Shown here: positions 7,610 to 15,554 of the stretch, one piece after another
Layout of the letters: every line of letters begins with the position of its first letter
Position numbering within the stretch: position 1 is the first letter of the stretch
Source of the DNA: Actinomycetes bacterium
GTDB lineage: Bacteria; Actinomycetota; Geothermincolia; Geothermincolales; JAHEXQ01
Direction of reading: 5' to 3'
NCBI GenBank assembly: GCA_023252035.1
Contig: JAHEXQ010000001.1
Span: 1 to 48,596, forward strand
Length of the DNA stretch: 48,596 bases
The notes under the pieces: model-generated
What the model was told of the DNA's origin: nothing
The model's database searches: none
What the model saw: the letters and a program-made list of their open reading frames with translations, nothing else
Position numbers and translations under genes: made by a program

Positions 7610-7957
7610 TGGTGGAGGCGGGGGGAGTTGAACCCCCGTCCGAAGCCAAAACGTCGCAGTATGCTACGAGCGTATCCGCCGTTTAGTTTCGCCCGGCCGG
7701 CACCCGGCGGCCAGAACCATCCGAGCTATCCCGGTTAAGATTTCCCTACACCCCCACAGGATTCGGGTTTCGGTAATCCCGCTATACGACGCCCTTTCAT
7801 CAGACGCGGGCATTCTGATGAAGAACGGACCGCTTTAAGCGGCCAGTGCCAATTCGGTGTTGGCGTTTGTTTTTTTCTCCGATTTTTTAACGAGATATCG
7901 GAGAACTCGGCTCGCAACTACGTCCGCTACTAGCCCCGTCGAACCCGTGACGCCCCC
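7610..7957 (-). ncRNA. ssrA: tmRNA (SsrA)
   Basis: The 5' end GGGGGCGTCACGGGTTCGACGGG and the 3' tRNA-like end GGACGGGGGTTCAACTCCCCCCGCCTCCACCA are both present. The internal tag reading frame ends ...GCC AAC ACC GAA TTG GCA CTG GCC GCT TAA (ANTELALAA). It lies directly downstream of smpB. Confidence 0.9.
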
Positions 7958-8080
7958 TCTGTGGTTTTCAAAGAACAGGGACGGCACGGCGCTGCCGTCG
8001 CCGTCCCTCACTCTATTCTACTGCATGTAGGTGTAAAATCACCATAAAAAGGGGCCTGGGATGACCATTTTTTTCACGGG

Positions 8081-8581
8081 TCAATCGGGCACGCGCCCGC
8101 CGTACTTGTGGACACGTTCCATCTCACGTTTGGCCTCCCGCTCGGCGATGTCGTGCCGCTTATCGTGCAGCAGCTTACCGCGAGCCAGCCCCAGCTCCAC
8201 CTTTAGCTTGTTCCTCTCGTTGGAGTAGATGGCCAGCGGGACGATGGTGTATCCCTTCTCCGCGGTCTTTCCTTCCAGCCGCCTGATCTCGCCTTTGTGC
8301 ATGAGCAGCTTGCGTTCGCGCAGGGGCTCGTGATTGAAGACCGAAGCCTGTACGTAAGGGCTGATGTGCACATTCGAGAGGATAAGCTCGCCGTTCTTTA
8401 TGCGCGCAAAACCGTCCTTGAGATTGACCCGGCCTTCGCGTATGGACTTCACTTCGCTGCCCATGAGGGCTATGCCCGCTTCGAAGGTCTCCTCGATGGC
8501 ATAATCGTGCCGGGCCTTCCGGTTGGTGGCCAGGTTCTTTCTGCGCGTATTCTTCTTGGATGCCGCGGCTGGTTTGCTCAT
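8081..8581 (-). CDS. smpB: SsrA-binding protein SmpB
   Basis: NRKARHDYAIEETFEAGIALMGSEVKSIR...LLMHKGEI is the canonical SmpB sequence. Confidence 0.95.
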   Translation of the reverse strand: MSKPAAASKKNTRRKNLATNRKARHDYAIEETFEAGIALMGSEVKSIREGRVNLKDGFARIKNGELILSNVHISPYVQASVFNHEPLRERKLLMHKGEIRRLEGKTAEKGYTIVPLAIYSNERNKLKVELGLARGKLLHDKRHDIAEREAKREMERVHKYGGRVPD

Positions 8582-8616
8582 GCGTCTATCTTACGATGCG
8601 TCAACGGCTAAGGTAT

Positions 8617-8686
8617 ATCCTTACATCGGGGACAGGACTTAAAGTAAGGATATTATCCTTACTTCAAGTCCTGTCCCCATTGTAAG
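8617..8686. repeat. two inverted copies of a 35-nt hairpin repeat (REP-like); possible ctpA terminator
   Basis: Unit ATCCTTAC-N19-GTAAGGAT occurs at 8617-8651 (reverse orientation) and 8655-8686. Together they form a ~33-bp near-perfect palindrome. The same unit recurs at 28657-28691. Confidence 0.8.
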
Positions 8687-8689
8687 CTT

Positions 8690-9952
8690 TTAGCGCCAGC
8701 CCTGGCCCGCGATCATCTTCCGCATGATCTCCAGGGCCTTCTCCTTCTGCAAATCCTGATCTCCAAAGGCCGGATTGCTCACCACCACGTCGGGCTTGAT
8801 GCCCTCTTCGTCGATGTTGGTGCCCGAAGGGGTCATGTACTTGGCGATGGTCAGCTTGATGCCGCTCCCGTCCGACAGGGGAAATATCTTCTGGATAGAG
8901 CTCTTCCCGAAGGAGTTCTCCCCCACCACCACGGCGCGCGCATTGTCCTGCATGGCACCGCTGAATATCTCGGAGGCGCTCGCGCTGCCCCGGTCCATCA
9001 GGATGACCAGAGGCAGGCCACACAGCACCTTGCCGTCCGCGCGGTACTCCTGGTTCAGGGAGCTGTTCTTGCCCTTCGAGGTGACGATGGTTCCGCTGCG
9101 CAGGAAGAGGTCCGCCGCCTTGATGGCCTCGCTCATATATCCGCCGGGATTGCCCCGCAGGTCCAGGACGATACCGCGCACGCCCTGCGCCTGCAGGTCG
9201 GTGAGCGCCTGTTCCAGCTTGGCCTCGATGCCGTCCGTCCAGTCCGCCAGCGATATGAGACCTATGCCCGGCTCGGGCACGCTCTGCTCCAGTACAGGGA
9301 TGTCGATGGACTTGCGCACCAGGTCGAAGTAGATGAGTTGTGACGAGTTGCCCCTCCGCATACCCAGACGCACGGTCGTGCCCTCGGTGCCGCGGATTTT
9401 CTGCTGCGCCTCGCTGAGAGTCAGATTGCGGGTGCTCTGACCGGCCACCTCGGCTATCACGTCGCCCACCTGGATGCCCGACGCTTGGGCCGGTGCGCCC
9501 GGAAGCAGGCCGTCCACCATTATCTCGTTGCGCAGGCTCTTCATGACGATACCCACTCCGCTGAAAGATCCCGTGAGCTGGGATTCCACGGCGGCCAGGG
9601 CTTTGGGATCCAGGTAGGTGGACCAGGGATCATCGAGGGAATCCACCATGGCGGTGATGCCCCGGGCCACGATCTCGTCCCCTGAACGCCCCTCCTCCAC
9701 CAGGCGTTTTATCCCCTGGTTCGCCGCCTCGACCAGCGAGCGCGAATCGACATCCTCGAAGAAGCTGGCCGTAATCGTGGGGAGCGCGCTATTGAAGACG
9801 GCGGAGTCCGCAAGCTGCGGGTCCAGCTCGTCCTGCCCGGCGACCTCGGCGCTATGCGCCCACGGTTTGGCCAGGAGCACGCCCACTCCGCCTATCGCAC
9901 AGAGCGCGATGATCACAAAGCCGATGACTGCTTTCCTGCCTCCGGGGCTCAA
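8690..9952 (-). CDS. S41-family C-terminal processing peptidase (PDZ domain)
   Basis: An N-terminal TM helix and a PDZ-like GIQVGDVIAEVAG are present. S41 motifs are also present: LDLRGNPGGY and DRGSASASEIFSGAMQD...GENSFGK. Confidence 0.9.
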   Translation of the reverse strand: MSPGGRKAVIGFVIIALCAIGGVGVLLAKPWAHSAEVAGQDELDPQLADSAVFNSALPTITASFFEDVDSRSLVEAANQGIKRLVEEGRSGDEIVARGITAMVDSLDDPWSTYLDPKALAAVESQLTGSFSGVGIVMKSLRNEIMVDGLLPGAPAQASGIQVGDVIAEVAGQSTRNLTLSEAQQKIRGTEGTTVRLGMRRGNSSQLIYFDLVRKSIDIPVLEQSVPEPGIGLISLADWTDGIEAKLEQALTDLQAQGVRGIVLDLRGNPGGYMSEAIKAADLFLRSGTIVTSKGKNSSLNQEYRADGKVLCGLPLVILMDRGSASASEIFSGAMQDNARAVVVGENSFGKSSIQKIFPLSDGSGIKLTIAKYMTPSGTNIDEEGIKPDVVVSNPAFGDQDLQKEKALEIMRKMIAGQGWR

Positions 9953-9974
9953 AGTTAAGACCGACCTCGCGGGA

Positions 9975-10874
9975 TCAGACTTCCAGGTAGCGCCTGAGTG
10001 CGAAGACGCTTCCCAGCGATCCTATGATTATGCCTCCGGCCACTATGGCTATAAACAGGATGTAGAGCAGGCCGGAAGAGCTGCCCATGCGCAGGAAGGG
10101 CAGGGCTGTCGAAAGCCTGTCCAGTATATAGACCTTGAATAAGCCCACCATGAAGACGGCAATTATCGAGCCGATGATGCCCTCGAGCACACCCTCCAGT
10201 ATGAAAGGCCACCGGATGAACCAGTTGGTGGCACCAACCAGTTTCATGATGCCCACCTCTCTTCGGCGTGCGAAGATGGCCACCTGGATTGTCACCGACA
10301 CGAGCAAGATGGCAACGAATATCAGGCCCACCACCACGACGCTGCCGATGGTCCGGAATTTGCTGAAGACGTTCTCCAGCCGCTCGATAGCACTGCTGGC
10401 GGCCTTGATCTCATCGATTCCCGCCGGCACCGGGTTTCCGTTCTGGATCTTGGACACCACCACCCCGATGTCCTTGGGGTCCTTGGCCATCACCGTGAAG
10501 GAGGCGGGCAGCGGGTTCTCCTTCACGTACTGCCACAACTCCGGGTTATCCGCGAACCGGGTCTTGAACTCCTCCAGCGCCTGGTCCTTGGACTTATAGG
10601 TGACCTTCTGCGGGTCCACCTCGGCTATGCCGCGGATATAACCCTCCAGGGCGAAGCGGTCCGCTTCGGTGACGCCGTCCTTGAGGAAGACGTCCACCTC
10701 GCCCACTTTGCGCTCGGTGTTCTTGATCATATTGGAGAACATGTCCCATCCCATTACCACCATGCCCAGGATGCCCAGAGACACGGCCACCACAGCGATG
10801 GCGGCAATGGCCAGGATGACGTTCTTGCGAAGCGAATCGATGGTCTCTCTCGAGAAATACTTAAGATTAATCAC
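9975..10874 (-). CDS. ftsX: cell-division permease FtsX
   Basis: The protein has FtsX topology and the motif MKLVGATNWFIRWPFILEG. It is overlapped (GTGATTAA) with ftsE. Confidence 0.9.
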   Translation of the reverse strand: MINLKYFSRETIDSLRKNVILAIAAIAVVAVSLGILGMVVMGWDMFSNMIKNTERKVGEVDVFLKDGVTEADRFALEGYIRGIAEVDPQKVTYKSKDQALEEFKTRFADNPELWQYVKENPLPASFTVMAKDPKDIGVVVSKIQNGNPVPAGIDEIKAASSAIERLENVFSKFRTIGSVVVVGLIFVAILLVSVTIQVAIFARRREVGIMKLVGATNWFIRWPFILEGVLEGIIGSIIAVFMVGLFKVYILDRLSTALPFLRMGSSSGLLYILFIAIVAGGIIIGSLGSVFALRRYLEV

Positions 10875-11550
10875 TGCCGTAAACCCCTCTGTCCTGGTCC
10901 CTGATGATGCGGCCGTTCTCCATGGCGATGACGCGCTTGCGGTAAGCGTTCACCAGTTCGCGATCGTGGGTGGCCATGACAATGGTGGTCCCGCTGGCGC
11001 TGATGTGTTCCAGCAGCTTCATGATGCCGTCGGTGAGCGACGGGTCCACGTTTCCGGTGGGCTCGTCGCAGAGCAGCATAGGCGGGCGGTTGATGAAGGC
11101 CCGGGCGATGGACACTCGTTGCTGCTCGCCCCCGGAGAGTTCGTCCGGGAAAGCGTCCAACTTGTGCCCCAAGCCCACCAGCTTCAGCACCTCGGGCACC
11201 TGCTGGTCGATGAGGCGCTCGGGCTTATTGGTCACCTCCAGGGCAAAGGCCACGTTCTGGAAGACGGTCTTGTGCGGCAGCAGCTTGAAGTCCTGGAATA
11301 CGCAACCCATCTTGCGCCGCAGGTAAGGGATCTTCCACTTGCTGAGCTGGGAGATGTTGTTATCCGCGATGTATATCTGCCCGGATGTGGGCTCCTCCTC
11401 CTTGATCAGGAGCTTGATAAAGGTCGTCTTGCCTGAGCCGCTGGGGCCCACCAGGAATACGAACTCGCCCCGCTCGATGTCAACGGTTATATCCTCCAGG
11501 GCATATATCTTGCCTTTATAAACTTTGGTGACCCTTCTCATACGTATCAT
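10867..11550 (-). CDS. ftsE: cell-division ATP-binding protein FtsE
   Basis: Walker [13 protein letters not shown] signature [14 protein letters not shown] and Walker [12 protein letters not shown] are present. The start is taken at MIRMRRV (the ORF track extends to 11568). Confidence 0.9.
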   Translation of the reverse strand: MIRMRRVTKVYKGKIYALEDITVDIERGEFVFLVGPSGSGKTTFIKLLIKEEEPTSGQIYIADNNISQLSKWKIPYLRRKMGCVFQDFKLLPHKTVFQNVAFALEVTNKPERLIDQQVPEVLKLVGLGHKLDAFPDELSGGEQQRVSIARAFINRPPMLLCDEPTGNVDPSLTDGIMKLLEHISASGTTIVMATHDRELVNAYRKRVIAMENGRIIRDQDRGVYGSD

Positions 11551-11557
11551 CGTGGCA

Positions 11558-12451
11558 TCAACTCCCACACATCTCTCTCGCGACCCGAGCTATGCTGCTC
11601 GCGGTGAGCCCGAAGTGCTCCATGAGCCCCCGGACCGATCCCGAGACTCCAAACTCGTCGCGGATGCCTATCCGGTACAGGCGCCCGCATGACTTCTCGG
11701 CCAGCAGCTCCGCCACTGCGCCTCCCAGACCGCCGGTTATGCTGTGGTCCTCCACGGTGATGACCCGGCCCGTCTTTTCGCACGATTTTAGCACGCTTTC
11801 CGAATCCATGGGCTTGACGCACACCATATCGAGCACCTCGGCCTGAATGCCGTCGCCGGCGAGCAGCTCCGCCGCCTCCAGCGCCTCGCCCAGTACGATG
11901 CCGCAAGCCAGGATGGAGACGTCCTCACCCTCGCGCAGTACCGGGGCCTTTCCCAGCTCGAAACGGTAATCTTCACCGTATATGGCGGGCACGGAGGGCC
12001 GGCTCATGCGGATGTAGAAGGGGCCGTCTATGTAGGCCGCGGCCTTGACGGCATCACGCGCCTGGTAGTAGTCGGCGGGCACGATAACCCGCATCTTGGG
12101 AACGGCGCGCATGAGGGCTACGTCCTCCAGCGCCTGGTGGGACGAGCCATCCTCGCCCACGCTTATCCCTCCATGGCTCGGACATATTTTCACGTTCAGC
12201 TCGCCGTAGGCTATGGTGTTGCGGACCTGCTCAAAGGCCCTCCCGCTGGCGAAAATGGCGAAGGTGGATACGAAGACTATCTTCCCGCTGGCCGCCAGGC
12301 CGGCGGCCGTGCCCATGAGATTCTGCTCCGCCACTCCGCAGTCGAAGAACCTCTCGGGGAATCTGTCCGCGAACCTCACCGTCTGGGTGGACTTGGACAG
12401 GTCGGCATCGAGGACCACGATCCTCCGGTCCTTGGCGCCGAGCTCCAGCAA
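11558..12451 (-). CDS. transketolase, C-terminal (pyrimidine-binding) subunit
   Basis: FFDCGVAEQNLMGTAAGLA and the C-terminal domain are present. The conserved N-terminal STREGFGDAL lies upstream of the TTG at 12451, so the true start is probably near 12502-12505 (see finding). Confidence 0.88.
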   Translation of the reverse strand: MLELGAKDRRIVVLDADLSKSTQTVRFADRFPERFFDCGVAEQNLMGTAAGLAASGKIVFVSTFAIFASGRAFEQVRNTIAYGELNVKICPSHGGISVGEDGSSHQALEDVALMRAVPKMRVIVPADYYQARDAVKAAAYIDGPFYIRMSRPSVPAIYGEDYRFELGKAPVLREGEDVSILACGIVLGEALEAAELLAGDGIQAEVLDMVCVKPMDSESVLKSCEKTGRVITVEDHSITGGLGGAVAELLAEKSCGRLYRIGIRDEFGVSGSVRGLMEHFGLTASSIARVAREMCGS

Positions 12452-12498
12452 AGCGTCTCCGAAACCCTCCCGCGTACTTTTCCTCTCAACTTTTTGTG

Positions 12499-13368
12499 TC
12501 AGGATTCCTCGATCTCCTTAAGCGCTCTCTCCATCTCCTCAGGAGTCGGGGCTTTGCCGTGGAAATCCACGACGTTCTCCATGAAGGAGACGCCCTTCCC
12601 CTTCACCGTGTGAGCGATGATCATGTAAGGCCCTGCGAGCGCGTCGGTGCTGTCCAAAGCCCGACATATCTCCAGCACGTCGTGCCCGTCCACCTCCTGC
12701 ACCTTCCACCCGAAGGCCCGCCACTTGTCGGCCAGCGGCTCCAGCTCCATTACGTCGCAGCAAGGGCCGTCTATCTGCAGGCGGTTCCTGTCCAGGATGC
12801 CCACCAGATTGTTGACGCGATGGTGCGCGGCGAACATGGCCGACTCCCATATCTCGCCCTCCTGGCTCTCGCCGTCGCCGATGAGCGCAAACGCGCGGTA
12901 ATCCAGGCTATCCAGGCGGGCCGCCAGCGCCATACCCGTCGCCGCCGCCAGCCCCTGGCCTAGCGAGCCGGTGCATATCTCCACGCCGGGGGTGTTCATA
13001 CTCGGGTGTCCCTGCAACATGTAGCCGAGTTTTCGCAGGCCCCAGAGTTCCTCCCGGTCGAAGTAGCCGCAGCGCGCCAGCACCGCGTATAGCGCCGGGG
13101 CAGCGTGCCCCTTGGAGAGTACGAAGCGGTCCCTCTCCGGCCAGGTTGGATCGTCCGGGCGGTGGCGCATCTTGTAGAAGTACAGGCTGACCAGTATCTC
13201 CACGCAGGAGAGCGAGCCTCCCGGGTGCCCGCTGCCCGCCAGCCCGATCATCCTGACGATGTCCAGCCGCATCTCCTTAGCAATAGCCTCGAGCTTCTCT
13301 CTCAGCTCTCCGGCCCGCCCTTCTATGCTGGGACTAACCTCCTCCGGGGGTTTCAAGTCCAAGCGCAT
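12499..13368 (-). CDS. transketolase, N-terminal (TPP-binding) subunit
   Basis: [22 protein letters not shown] and the [11 protein letters not shown] motif are present. Confidence 0.92.
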   Translation of the reverse strand: MRLDLKPPEEVSPSIEGRAGELREKLEAIAKEMRLDIVRMIGLAGSGHPGGSLSCVEILVSLYFYKMRHRPDDPTWPERDRFVLSKGHAAPALYAVLARCGYFDREELWGLRKLGYMLQGHPSMNTPGVEICTGSLGQGLAAATGMALAARLDSLDYRAFALIGDGESQEGEIWESAMFAAHHRVNNLVGILDRNRLQIDGPCCDVMELEPLADKWRAFGWKVQEVDGHDVLEICRALDSTDALAGPYMIIAHTVKGKGVSFMENVVDFHGKAPTPEEMERALKEIEES

Positions 13369-13455
13369 TCCCGTCCTTTCGCTTCGGTGCGCGATCGGTA
13401 TTCCGCCTTTTCGTCTTGGGCCTTCTTGCTTGCCGGTGTTCTTTCATCGCCGCTA

Positions 13456-14205
13456 TCATCCGTCATCACTATGAAGGAAAAGGGGCTTACTCCGCGACGC
13501 TAGAAAGCCCCTCAAGGTTTCGAGGTCGTAGTTTATCACTTGTCGGAGGGCTATTCCAGCTTCCGCGATTACTTCTAGCGCCCTGGAGAATTCTCCTGCA
13601 AAATCCGCTATATGCGCGTCACTGCCCAGGGAGACCGGCCCCCCGGTGCGCTTGAGCGCCCTGGCGATGGCCAGGCAATTCTCCCGGCTGCCTTTGCGCG
13701 TGTAAACGAAACTGCTGTTGTTGATCTCGATGGCCTTACCCAGCCTGGCGGCTTCCTCGGCCAAAGTGTCTATCTCGATAGGAAAAGCCGGGTTTCCGGG
13801 ATGGACGATGATATCCACCTCCTTCCGGTTGAGGGCCCCTACGAGCGCGGCCGTGTTTTCGGCCGCGCTCTTCCCTTCGTACCCGCAGAAGGGGTGCAGC
13901 CCGGCGTGCACGATATCCAGGGCGTCCAGAATCTCGCCGGGCAGGTCCAGGTCCCCCTGGGGGTTCAGGATGTTCGCCTCGCAAGAACGTAGGATAAACA
14001 CGCCGTGCATATAGCGCGGGATGACCTGCATGTTCCAGAAATGGTAGATATGGCCCGACCCGGCCATCGCCGGCCCGTGGTCGGCGATGGCCACGCCCTC
14101 CAGTCCTTTCGCGGCTGCCCGCCGGGCGATCTCCTCCACTGTGGAGTAGGCATGCCCGCTGGCAATCGTGTGTACGTGCAGATCGACCGCTAACCTATAC
14201 TCCAT
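13456..14205 (-). CDS. PHP-domain phosphoesterase (YcdX-like)
   Basis: MEYRLAVDLHVHT...ADHGP...EINNSS...LGSDAH are PHP metal-binding motifs. The ATG at 14205 lies 4 nt after GGAGGGAAG. The longer ORF-track start runs across non-coding direct repeats. Confidence 0.85.
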   Translation of the reverse strand: MEYRLAVDLHVHTIASGHAYSTVEEIARRAAAKGLEGVAIADHGPAMAGSGHIYHFWNMQVIPRYMHGVFILRSCEANILNPQGDLDLPGEILDALDIVHAGLHPFCGYEGKSAAENTAALVGALNRKEVDIIVHPGNPAFPIEIDTLAEEAARLGKAIEINNSSFVYTRKGSRENCLAIARALKRTGGPVSLGSDAHIADFAGEFSRALEVIAEAGIALRQVINYDLETLRGFLASRSKPLFLHSDDG

Positions 14206-14247
14206 CTTCCCTCCGAATTCACCTCGAGTTCCGGAATAGGAGGCTGA

Positions 14248-14351
14248 GATATTCCATAACCTGTCTAACCAATTCATCACCGACGACGGACTGCTCACGA
14301 CCCGACAGCATTCGCACAGATATTCCACAACCCTTCTAACCAATTCGCCAC
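14248..14351 (-). promoter_or_regulatory. two 33-nt direct repeats upstream of the PHP phosphatase gene (possible operator/promoter module)
   Basis: GATATTCCATAACCTGTCTAACCAATTCATCAC (14248-14280) and GATATTCCACAACCCTTCTAACCAATTCGCCAC (14319-14351) match at 28/33. The period is 71 nt, which is not a multiple of 3. Confidence 0.4.
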
Positions 14352-14387
14352 TAGTGCTGGCTCTAAGCGGCGGGCCGGCCTCGACCG

Positions 14388-14438
14388 CGGCCGTTAACTA
14401 CAATCCGGGGCCAGGCCCCGGATTGTAGTTAACGGCCG
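14388..14438. repeat. perfect 51-bp palindrome overlapping the prfB stop codon (terminator-like hairpin or protein-binding site)
   Basis: Arms 14388-14412 and 14414-14438 are exactly complementary (CGGCCGTTAACTACAATCCGGGGCC-A-GGCCCCGGATTGTAGTTAACGGCCG). The prfB TAA (14431-14429) lies in one arm. No U-run follows. Confidence 0.6.
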
Positions 14439-15527
14439 GCGCGCGAGCGCAGGTAGGCGTCGATGAACTCATCCAGCTCGCCGTCGAGCACCGCATCCAC
14501 GTTCCCGTCCTCCAGGTTGGTGCGATGGTCCTTGACCATGCGGTAGGGATGCAGCACGTACGAACGTATCTGGCTGCCAAAGCCGATCTCCATGTGCTCG
14601 CTGCGCAGCTTGCGCATCTCCGCCTCCTGCTCCTGCCGGGCTCTCTCCAAGAGCCGCGCCCGCAAGATGTGCATGGCCGTCTCCCGATTCTGCATCTGAG
14701 ACCGCTCGTTCTGGCAGGAGGCCGTAATGCCGGTAGGGATATGCGTGATGCGTACCGCCGAGTCCGTGACGTTGACGTGCTGCCCGCCCGCCCCGCTGGA
14801 GCGATAGGTGTCGATGCGGAGGTCCTTGGGGTCTATCTCGATGGATATCTCCTCTTCCGTCAGGGGGATGACATCGACGGAGGCGAAGGAAGTGTGCCGG
14901 CGCCGCGCCTGATCGTAGGGGGATATGCGCACCAGGCGGTGCACCCCCTTCTCCGCGTTGAGCAGGCCGAAAGCACCCCGGCCGCGCACCGTCAAAGTGG
15001 CGCTCTTGATGCCCCCGCCCTCGCCGGCCTGCACCTCGTTGAGATCGACGGCGAAGCCGCGTGAATCTGCCCAGCGCAGGTACATGCGCAGGAGCATCTC
15101 GGCCCAGTCCTGCGACTCGAGGCCGCCCGCACCCGGGTGAATGGATACTATGGCGTCGGCGTAATCGTACTCGCCGGAGAAGAGGCTCTCCTCCTCGATG
15201 CGGTCGAGCTGACGCGCCAGCGCGGCCACGCCCGACTGTATCTCCTTCTCCAGGCTGGCATCCTCTTCCAGCAGGGATAGTTGGTTCAGCTCCTGCAGGT
15301 CTTCGAGGTTTTTCTGAAGGGTCTCCCAGGACTTGACCACCTGGGCGGCTTCCGCGAGTTCGGAAAGCAGCCGCCGCGCCTTCTCCTGATCGTCCCATAG
15401 GTCAGGGACAGATGTCTCTTTCTCCAGGCGCGCAACGATGTCGCGCTTACCGGCTATGTCAAAGATACTCCTTCAGTTGTCCCAGGTTGACGCCCATATC
15501 TCGGAGCTGAGGCGAGAAATCGATCAT
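14429..15527 (-). CDS. prfB: peptide chain release factor 2, requiring programmed +1 frameshift
   Basis: Frame 0 reads MIDFSPQLRDMGVNLGQLKEYL and ends at an in-frame TGA within CTT TGA C (15464-15458), preceded by AAGGAG. The +1 frame continues DIAGKRDIVARLEKETSVPDLWDDQEKA into ORF 14429..15340, which carries GGQ (SSGAGGQHVN). The CDS is join(15527..15462,15460..14429). Confidence 0.93.
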
Positions 15528-15554
15528 GCGGGCATCTCCTTCAGTCTGAAAAGG

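Noticed and set aside
7735-7917. A 60-aa ORF inside the tmRNA gene, and ORFs 2013..2210 / 2291..2485 across the tRNA genes.
   Set aside because: They overlap well-supported RNA genes. They show no translation signals.
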